Assembly (NCBI GenBank): GCA_037190965.1
Contig: JBBCKI010000035.1
Coordinates: forward strand, 1-28,656
From: Chthoniobacteraceae bacterium
GTDB taxonomy: Bacteria > Verrucomicrobiota > Verrucomicrobiia > Chthoniobacterales > Chthoniobacteraceae
Direction: 5' to 3'
Length of the DNA stretch: 28,656 nt
In this document: positions 1-6,943 of the stretch, one piece after another
How positions within the stretch are numbered: position 1 is the stretch's first letter
Layout: each line of letters opens with the position of its first letter
Made by a program: the position numbers and the translations under genes
The notes under the pieces: generated by a model
What the model was told of the DNA's origin: nothing
What the model saw: the letters and a program-made list of their open reading frames with translations, nothing else
Databases searched by the model: none

Positions 1-2
1 TA

Positions 3-710
3 CTTGGTAGCTCCAGCGCCAACCTAGCAGGATCGGAGGCCAATGTAACGGGATTGTCACTCTCGAATTTAGTTCCCAATTCTGTAAAAATGGAGAACAT
101 TACGCTGGATTGGGAAATTTCCTTTGATGGATCGACCTATACAGCGTTGAATTCAACTGGGCCTATTACATTTTTCTCCACTGAGAGTTCTCCTTCAGCC
201 TCGCCACTCTATGATCTAGCCTTAGAAAAGGCGACCGGATATATCAATGGATCCATAGCAATTGTGGGCATGTTGAATGCTAAAATCAATCAAGAGGTAA
301 CATATGACTTGGTTGATATTAACGATAAATCTGGGAATCCGCTATCAATTTACAGCGATCCTGCCGCAAATTGTGATGAGTTTGTGGCGCTTCTTAAGCT
401 ATTGCATGGATCCGTAAGCTCATCTACAGGCACAGTGAAAATCGTCTGGTGCGGCGACTACCTTCGGAAATATGGCTATCAGAGAACAAGTCGACCTGGA
501 GCTTGGGTGACCATGCAGTACAATCTTGGATCACAACCCCACTTTCACTATCACGCTGTCTATGAAAGCTTGCTTACATACGATCCAGTATACGCCACAG
601 CTACACACCCTTCATATTCTATTATAGAGAAAGCAAGCTCAGCAACCTACCAGGAAGGCCCCACTCTGCCAACAGCAGCGATTGACACTGCATTCATTTG
701 CACACACTAA
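3..710 (+). CDS. C-terminal part of a large protein (5'-truncated by window) with a putative transglutaminase/papain-like Cys-His-Asp domain
   Basis: Frame is open from base 3 (LGSSSANLAGSEANVTG...) into the 54..710 ORF, so the true start is upstream. A Ser/Thr-rich beta-like region precedes NCDEFVALLKLL (Cys 372-374), FHYHAV (His 552-554) and YDP (Asp 582-584). AT-richer than the rest of the window. Confidence 0.6.
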   Translation, partial: LGSSSANLAGSEANVTGLSLSNLVPNSVKMENITLDWEISFDGSTYTALNSTGPITFFSTESSPSASPLYDLALEKATGYINGSIAIVGMLNAKINQEVTYDLVDINDKSGNPLSIYSDPAANCDEFVALLKLLHGSVSSSTGTVKIVWCGDYLRKYGYQRTSRPGAWVTMQYNLGSQPHFHYHAVYESLLTYDPVYATATHPSYSIIEKASSATYQEGPTLPTAAIDTAFICTH

Positions 711-723
711 CCCCTATAGCGAC

Positions 724-1572
724 ATGAAGAGATTTTCTCAACAGATATTCTGCCTTCTTTTCTGGATGTTAACCCTTGGAGTTTGCAGTAGTCAAATTCC
801 AGAAACCGATCAATCGAGAATTGATAGCGCCATAATAGATCTTACGAAAAAATTCATTCCCGCCGCCCTAACGCCGTCACCTTTAGTCATATCTGAAAGT
901 AAAGCGGAACTCAAATTCAGCCAAAAGGGAAACAGAGGAAATATCTCGATATCCGTTGAGCATTTCTCTTCGCCAGACAAAGCAACCGAAAAACTTAGAA
1001 AAGCAGGCGAGCTTAACGCTTTCTTGATAACGCCGATAAAAGATTACATTGGTGAAGAGGCGATTTCCGTCCAGTTCACCTCTGAAACGGGAAGCATTAA
1101 CAAAGGCGGATGGATTAAATACAGAATAGGAACCACAATAGTAACTGTATACTCCACCGTGATCAGCTTTAACGACGTTGAAAATATAGCAAAAACACTA
1201 GAGCCCGAAACAGGTAAATTTAAATTTAATATCACTAAAAAAAGCACAGCGCTCGACCTAAAAGAAAAACACACAACTCTGGATTATAATTACTATGACA
1301 TATCGGATGATATATTTAAAAAAATGAATATGAAAGATAGGATTAATTATCTCCAAAAAGAGTTGTCCCTAATAAACGCCGCTGTTGAGCAGCACGCATT
1401 AGAAAAGGGGCTCTCCACTGGAAGCAGCGTTCATTGGAATGATATTCAAGTATATTTAAATCCTCGGTCTAGGTTGCATAAGGCAGCTTCCGACCCCATG
1501 GGGATCAAATATCCTGAAAAGTTTACCGTTGGGACACCTTTGGAATTGGAAATGAGGCTTAAAAAGGAATAG
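724..1572 (+). CDS. Exported hypothetical protein; possible partner/immunity protein with a C-terminal pilin-like segment
   Basis: ATG at 724, 13 nt after the upstream stop, gives the signal-peptide-like MKRFSQQIFCLLFWMLTLGVCSSQ. C-terminal ELSLINAAVEQHALEKG...WNDIQVYL...DPMG resembles the head of verrucomicrobial type IV pilin-like proteins (from memory). Confidence 0.7.
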   Translation: MKRFSQQIFCLLFWMLTLGVCSSQIPETDQSRIDSAIIDLTKKFIPAALTPSPLVISESKAELKFSQKGNRGNISISVEHFSSPDKATEKLRKAGELNAFLITPIKDYIGEEAISVQFTSETGSINKGGWIKYRIGTTIVTVYSTVISFNDVENIAKTLEPETGKFKFNITKKSTALDLKEKHTTLDYNYYDISDDIFKKMNMKDRINYLQKELSLINAAVEQHALEKGLSTGSSVHWNDIQVYLNPRSRLHKAASDPMGIKYPEKFTVGTPLELEMRLKKE

Positions 1573-1605
1573 GCTCCTAAACACTGAACGACGAGTGGTA
1601 GGCGG

Positions 1606-1710
1606 GTGAATCTGGCGCGGCGAGGTCCTGAAGATCACATCCTGCGCAAACTCAATCAGATGCTCGATTTGAGTTTTGTCCGAGACGAGGTCTCGCCATA
1701 TAACCCTTAA
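1606..1710 (+). mobile_element. Transposase remnant (N-terminus of an IS1182/IS5-type DUF772 transposase)
   Basis: Translates to VNLARRGPEDHILRKLNQMLDLSFVRDEVSPYNP*, matching the P-x-DH-x-LR-x(5)-DLSF-x-R...Y start of DUF772 transposases; the rest of the gene is absent. Confidence 0.6.
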
Positions 1711-1844
1711 TATTCTCAAGGCCGATACCACCAAAAAACGCGGTATCAAGGGAAAGCAAAAGAATGCTGCCTGGAATCATCCCTATCTTCTCTCTTTACT
1801 CAAATTTTGATACGTTTGCCCTGGTCCTATTTTGGAGGTAGACT

Positions 1845-1997
1845 GCTCGCGCCGCCGAGCGCGGGTATCGGCTCTCGTGGCGTCATGAGGGCTGCCTCCG
1901 AATAATAGCAGCCCGTCCTGCCGGGATGGGTGTCAAACGCGACTCTTCATCGATCCCGCGCTCGGCGGCGCGAGCGTGCTACCGGTGCTACCGCACC
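1845..1997. repeat. REP-like inverted pair (family A)
   Basis: gctcgcgccgccgagcgcggg (1845-1865) is the exact reverse complement of 1955-1975; internal hairpin gggctgc...gcagccc at 1889-1914; a related copy lies at 17554-17642. Confidence 0.75.
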
Positions 1998-2009
1998 AAC
2001 TTCTTCTCT

Positions 2010-3560
2010 TCATAACGACCCCTTCATACATCCCTCCAGCCACGCCCGCTCCCGCACCACCTCTGCCGCCGCCATATCTTCCCGCAACCCAAGGAATACC
2101 GGCTGGCGAAGCCGGTCGTCGTGAGTCCACTCCGTAAATCGTATCTGGCAAACCAACTCCGGCCGAACCCACCGACAACGCTTGATGTCCGGGGGCGGGA
2201 GCGCTGATTTTGGAATAACGTCGAAGGGACAAACCTCCACGCGCATTTTCTGAAATCGCTCAAAAAGCGTGCGCAACAATCGCTCATCAAAACCGGTGCC
2301 GACCTTCCCGGCGAACTTCAACACACCGCCTTCGTAAACGCCCACCAGCAATGCACCGAAATGCGAGCGCGCTCCCTTCGGCTGGGTGTACCCGCCGATG
2401 ACGAACTCCTGTTCATTGACGCACTTGATCTTGACCCACGCGCCGCTACGAACCCCCGGCTCATAGCGAGAACCTCTCTTCTTCGCCATAACGCCTTCGA
2501 GCCCCCTCGTCTTCACGGCCTCCAGCACCTTCTGAGGTTTCCCCGGAAGATCCCCGGAATACCGCAGCGGTTCACCTGCGTCGGCGAGAAGCTTCGCCAG
2601 TCGCGCCTTTCGTTCCTCCAAAGGCAGCGCGAGCAGCGGCTCTCCATCAAGTTCCAGCAGATCGAAAAGATAGTAGCGCAAGGCACCCTCTACCCGGTTC
2701 TGCAGGAGTTGAAACGAAGGACGTCCCGCATCATCCAGCGCGACCACTTCGCCGTCGAAAACACCGCTCTTGCAGGGCAGGCGGGCGATGGCGGCGGCGA
2801 TTTCCGGGAAATTGAGCCGCTTTTCATTCCGCGAATATAGTTTGGCTTCACCTCGCCCTTTGACGGCAATGGCCCGGTAACCATCAAATTTCACTTCGTA
2901 AATCCAATCGCCGGAAGGCAGGGCCTCAACCATTTTCGACTTCATCGGCGGCATATACGCGGGAAGGGCGACGCGTTTCCGCGCGGGCTCCCGGTTCGAA
3001 TGCCACTCCGCATCGTGCTCCTCGGCGATCGCTTCCATGGTACGCCCGGTCAGAGCGGAACTCACGGCGCTTTTGCCAAGATGGATCGACTCTCCCGTTT
3101 TCATCAGAAGCCATTGTTCCCCGTCGCGCATCCGCGTTCGCACGAGGGCCCATTCGCCGCGCAGCTTCTTCCCGTATAGCCACAGGTGAAGCTTTCCCTC
3201 CTCCAACGCGCGGAGCGGATTACCGCCGCCGACCTCATACTCCCCGATATCCCATACCATCACGGTTCCGCCGCCATACTCGCCTTTGGGAATGACTCCC
3301 TCAAACCGTGCGTACTCCAGGGGGTGATCTTCCACATGCACGGCCAGCCGCTTCTCGCCCTTTTCCAGCGGGATACCACGCGGGACCGCCCACGACTTGA
3401 GCACTCCCCCCATCGCGAGCCGGAAATCGTCATGGAGCCGCCGCGCCGCGTGCCGCTGGATGACGAATAACGGGCGTTTGCCGACGCTTCCCTTTCCCTT
3501 TTTGGGAGCAGGCTCCGCCGTTTTGGAGAAATCACGCTTTCGCCGATACTCGCGAAGCAT
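2010..3560 (-). CDS. ligD: NHEJ DNA ligase D (3'-phosphoesterase + ATP-dependent ligase domains; no polymerase domain)
   Basis: PE domain motifs YRRKRDFSKTAEP, FVIQRHAARRLHDDFRL, KSWAVP, VEDHPLEY; ligase motifs EVKFDGYR, DGEVV, EGVMAK, WVKIK; OB domain GKVGTGF...LRQPVF. Lies 3 nt downstream of ku. Confidence 0.95.
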   Translation of the reverse strand: MLREYRRKRDFSKTAEPAPKKGKGSVGKRPLFVIQRHAARRLHDDFRLAMGGVLKSWAVPRGIPLEKGEKRLAVHVEDHPLEYARFEGVIPKGEYGGGTVMVWDIGEYEVGGGNPLRALEEGKLHLWLYGKKLRGEWALVRTRMRDGEQWLLMKTGESIHLGKSAVSSALTGRTMEAIAEEHDAEWHSNREPARKRVALPAYMPPMKSKMVEALPSGDWIYEVKFDGYRAIAVKGRGEAKLYSRNEKRLNFPEIAAAIARLPCKSGVFDGEVVALDDAGRPSFQLLQNRVEGALRYYLFDLLELDGEPLLALPLEERKARLAKLLADAGEPLRYSGDLPGKPQKVLEAVKTRGLEGVMAKKRGSRYEPGVRSGAWVKIKCVNEQEFVIGGYTQPKGARSHFGALLVGVYEGGVLKFAGKVGTGFDERLLRTLFERFQKMRVEVCPFDVIPKSALPPPDIKRCRWVRPELVCQIRFTEWTHDDRLRQPVFLGLREDMAAAEVVRERAWLEGCMKGSL

Positions 3561-3563
3561 GGA

Positions 3564-4403
3564 TCACGCCGCTTTCTTTTTCCCCTTTGCCGGTTTGGCG
3601 GGAGTCTTCTTTGCCGCCCCCTTCTTCGCCTGCGTCTGCGCGAGGCTTTGTTGAAGAACGGCCACGAGATCGACCACCTTGCCCGGCTTCGGCGTTACCT
3701 TCGGCTTTTCGGGAAGTTCCCCGCCGTGCGCGATCTTCTCGTCGATCAGTTTCCGAAGAGCGTCGCGATACTCGTCGTGGTATTTATCCGGTTCCCAAGG
3801 GCCGCTCATCCCTTCGATCAGCGCCTTTGCCATCTCAAGCTCCTTTTTGCTGATCTCTTTCACCTTGGGAACTTTGATCTCCGACGCATCGGCGAGTTGT
3901 CCGGCAAAATGCATCAATTCCAGCACAAGCCCTTGTTTCTCCGGTTTAACCGCCGCGAGATATTCGCGGGTGCGGATGACGACCTTGGCGATTCCGATCT
4001 TGCCGGAATCGCTCAGCGCGTCCCGCAACAGAGAGTAGGCCTTTTCGCCCCCCTTTCCCGGCTCCATGTAATATGGCTTGCTGAAGAACATCGGATCGAC
4101 CTCCGCAAGCGGGACAAAATCAGTGATATCGACCGTTTTGGTGCCTTCGACTTCGACCTTGTTGAAGTCTTCATCGTTCAGGACGACAAATCTCCCTTCC
4201 TCGTACTCGTATCCTTTGACGATCTCGTTCCAGGGAACCTCCTTTCCGTCCGCCTCGGCCACTCGTTTGTAGTTGATCGGACTCAGATCGCCCGCCCTCA
4301 GGAGATGAAGTTTGATTTCCTCCTCACGCCGGGTGGCGGGATAAAGGGCAATAGGGATGGTCACCAGCCCGAAGGAAATGGTTCCTTTCCAAATCGCACG
4401 CAT
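3564..4403 (-). CDS. ku: NHEJ Ku protein
   Basis: Canonical start MRAIWKGTISFGLVTIP at ATG 4403 (the ORF-track extension to 4661 is a shadow of the opposite gene); IVKGYEYE, YHDEYR, VVDL motifs; Lys/Ala-rich tail. Confidence 0.96.
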   Translation of the reverse strand: MRAIWKGTISFGLVTIPIALYPATRREEEIKLHLLRAGDLSPINYKRVAEADGKEVPWNEIVKGYEYEEGRFVVLNDEDFNKVEVEGTKTVDITDFVPLAEVDPMFFSKPYYMEPGKGGEKAYSLLRDALSDSGKIGIAKVVIRTREYLAAVKPEKQGLVLELMHFAGQLADASEIKVPKVKEISKKELEMAKALIEGMSGPWEPDKYHDEYRDALRKLIDEKIAHGGELPEKPKVTPKPGKVVDLVAVLQQSLAQTQAKKGAAKKTPAKPAKGKKKAA

Positions 4404-4472
4404 CCCAAAGGTTTCGCCTGCAATTTGGATTGTGGCCGGTTTCAAATTGTGAAAACGTGACCCTTCCGGCTC

Positions 4473-4805
4473 ATGTTGACGCTTCACTCCAGGCAGGACC
4501 GCCCCCGGCTCCAACGCGCCATCATGGCCGTTCTGCTGGCGCACCTGCTTGCCGTGATCGCGATGGCGGCGCTGCCGAAGTGGCACGAGAAGGCACATTC
4601 TCACGCGCATACGGACTCGCACGAGCATGAGCACGAATGCGCCGTCACGCTTTTTCTGCACGGCGGCTACACCGTCGCGACGGCGATCATCGCCATAGGA
4701 ATCGTCGGCTGGCTTGTGGCGAATTTCGTTTGCCCTCGGGTTGTCTGGGTGGAGAACCTCTTCCTCTCACGGAGCGTTCTGGAGCACGCGCCCCCAACGC
4801 GATAA
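4473..4805 (+). CDS. Small His-rich membrane protein, DUF2946-like putative leader peptide ending in HAPP
   Basis: Hydrophobic N-terminal helix, WHEKAHSHAHTDSHEHEHECAVTLFLHG His cluster, C-terminal SRSVLEHAPPTR*; directly upstream of a putative metal-uptake outer-membrane gene. Confidence 0.75.
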   Translation: MLTLHSRQDRPRLQRAIMAVLLAHLLAVIAMAALPKWHEKAHSHAHTDSHEHEHECAVTLFLHGGYTVATAIIAIGIVGWLVANFVCPRVVWVENLFLSRSVLEHAPPTR

Positions 4806-5032
4806 ACCGCCGCCCAATCCATGACTTCGGTTTTGGGACTTCCCTAAAGCCGTCTCAGCCGCCCTCGTCATTCGCGGGCGTCGTCCATTTCATCGCAGCC
4901 CCGCCTATGCCCGCGATCCGGGATCGACCTCCCGTCGCCCGATCCATCGGCGTGGGCCCGCGGCATGCCTTCCGTAAGGGACGTCCTTTTAGGGGGCTGC
5001 CCGTTTTCGCTCATTTTTACGTTTTTAGTCTT

Positions 5033-6256
5033 TTGAAAAAATCGATTCTTCTTTTTACGTGCGCCGTTGCGCCGCTGGCCTCGCTCGAAGCCGAGGTTCA
5101 CACCCACTCTCATTCGCATTCGCATGGGCATAGCCACTGCAATGAAACCCACCGGAAGCCCATAGGATGGTTCAACCCCGAGATCGAGGTCGCAGTCGAT
5201 CTGATCACCTCCTGGTCGCGCCGCGCCAACCAGTGGAATTTCACGCCTCGCGACCTGGAGCTGATTGTGCATTCCGATCTCGGCCCCTACGCGCAGATTT
5301 ACGGAATCGTCAATGCCGGGACGGAGCTTGCGCCGACGGAGGATCTTCGGCCCTTCGATGTTTCGCACCCCCGCGTGGAAGAACTCGCCCTCGTCTTCGA
5401 CCGTCTCCCCTGGGGGCTGGAAGTGAAGGCCGGTCAGTTCTTCGCCGATTTCACGATGCTGGGCAAACTCCACGGGCATGAGCTTCCGTTCGTGGACCGG
5501 CCCCTCTCGCTGGACGCCATCGTCGGCGGCGAAACCAGGGCACGCGGCCTTGAGTTAAGCTGGACGCCTCCTTCTGCGCGCCAGGTCCGCCTGACGGCGG
5601 GCCTGGTCAACCGTATTGGCGCGGAGCCGCCCATCACCTCCCTGCTTGAAACCGGAGAGGATGAGGAGGTCGGGGCGTTCTCGCAACGCGACAACGGCTT
5701 GTTCCGCTCATTGACCGGTTATGGCCGCGCGGCCACGGAGTTAAAGCTCAGCGCTTCAAGCAAACTCGAGATCGGTGTGGATTACGCCCAGGGAAGCGGC
5801 GAAGGAACACGCAGGATCGCGACGGGAGACATCAAATTCTCCTGGCAACCGAATCCCGAGAAAGACGATCTGTTCGAGACCGGCGGCGAACTCCTCTGGT
5901 CTCAACAGCGGGGCAGGTTTTCCAAAGACGCCCGAGTGGCGGGCGGCCCGGAATACGGCACCGCCTCCGCAACCGGGGGGTACGTTTTCGCGCAATACCG
6001 GATCGGCGAACGCTGGCAACCGGGTGTGCGGTTCGATTGCCTCCGCTCGAACACCTTCGAATCGGACGAGCAAACCAGGCTGTCAAGAAACGACACCTGG
6101 ACGACCTCTGCCTATCTGACCTGCAAGCTGAACGAGAACCACCGGCTCCGGTGGCAGGTCAACCATGTCGACGCCCGCCATGAGATCGTCGCAGGCAAAG
6201 GCAATCGCGACTGGCAGGTGTTCTTCCAGTGGACCGTGCTGTGGGGAGCACGATAG
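5033..6256 (+). CDS. Outer-membrane beta-barrel protein with His-rich N-terminus (putative Zn/Ni/Co uptake porin or receptor)
   Basis: Likely TTG start at 5033 gives signal peptide MKKSILLFTCAVAPLASLEA, then HTHSHSHSHGHSH. Motifs FNPEI, EEL, LPWGLEVKAGQFFADF..L..LHGHELPFVDRPL and amphipathic strands ending QVFFQWTVLWG. The start is uncertain (ORF open from 4637). Confidence 0.75.
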   Translation: MKKSILLFTCAVAPLASLEAEVHTHSHSHSHGHSHCNETHRKPIGWFNPEIEVAVDLITSWSRRANQWNFTPRDLELIVHSDLGPYAQIYGIVNAGTELAPTEDLRPFDVSHPRVEELALVFDRLPWGLEVKAGQFFADFTMLGKLHGHELPFVDRPLSLDAIVGGETRARGLELSWTPPSARQVRLTAGLVNRIGAEPPITSLLETGEDEEVGAFSQRDNGLFRSLTGYGRAATELKLSASSKLEIGVDYAQGSGEGTRRIATGDIKFSWQPNPEKDDLFETGGELLWSQQRGRFSKDARVAGGPEYGTASATGGYVFAQYRIGERWQPGVRFDCLRSNTFESDEQTRLSRNDTWTTSAYLTCKLNENHRLRWQVNHVDARHEIVAGKGNRDWQVFFQWTVLWGAR

Positions 6257-6387
6257 GAAGCGAACATTAAAAAAGAGACGGCGGGGGAAGAGTTCCTTCG
6301 CCGTCTTTAGAAAGATCAGTACGTTCAAGAAAAGATCCTGCAAGCACGAGTTATTGAGAAGAAGAAATAGAGGGCCTTTGGCCATAG

Positions 6388-6498
6388 GCGGCGTCGTGGA
6401 ACTCCGCCCTCCTCTACCGCGCGGCAAGCGCGCAGGGTGAAAGCTTCTTGATAAACCAGAAAGACGCGCCACCGGAGGGCGGAGCTCCGCGACGCCGC
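6388..6498. repeat. REP-like inverted pair (family B)
   Basis: gcggcgtcgtggaactccgccctcc (6388-6412) vs ggagggcggagctccgcgacgccgc (6474-6498): reverse-complement match at 23/25; located between convergent genes. Confidence 0.7.
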
Positions 6499-6595
6499 AA
6501 TCCTTGCAGCCAAAGGCTCACTTTTTCTCAATTCGTAAACCCAGCCTAGTGGACACCAAAGCCGCTGCGAGCAGCGCCAAGAGTTCGAGTATAAT

Positions 6596-6943
6596 TTAAG
6601 GATTCGGGTTCGGGAAGGTAAACGTCTCACCCACCTTTTTTGCCTCGTAGGTCTCTTTCTCCACCGGGACGAGATAGACCGTTCCGCCCGAGCGTACTTC
6701 GAGGATATACTCCCCTTCGATCCGGCGGGCATGCACCCCTTTCTTCCCGATCGTGACCTGATCTTCGCCCGCAGCCGTAAAGGTTTTCAACTCAATCACC
6801 CCGGTCAGCTTGTTTGCAGTAATCCGGTCGCCCATTTTCATGAAGCCGAGCCCAATAAACGTGAGCACGGCGAGAGCGGCAATGACGCTGATGACGATTT
6901 CACGCCGGGTGATTCCGGGGACAACCAGAGGGGGCTTGTTCAT
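6596..6943 (-). CDS. Small single-pass membrane hypothetical protein
   Basis: N-terminal TM helix (IVISVIAALAVLTFIGLGF) followed by a beta-rich domain; its ATG overlaps the AI-2E stop (ATGA). Confidence 0.8.
   Translation of the reverse strand: MNKPPLVVPGITRREIVISVIAALAVLTFIGLGFMKMGDRITANKLTGVIELKTFTAAGEDQVTIGKKGVHARRIEGEYILEVRSGGTVYLVPVEKETYEAKKVGETFTFPNPNP

Noticed and set aside
4404..4661. N-terminal extension of Ku in the ORF track
   Set aside because: Ku homology starts at MRAIWKG (4403); the extension overlaps the opposite-strand His-rich gene.
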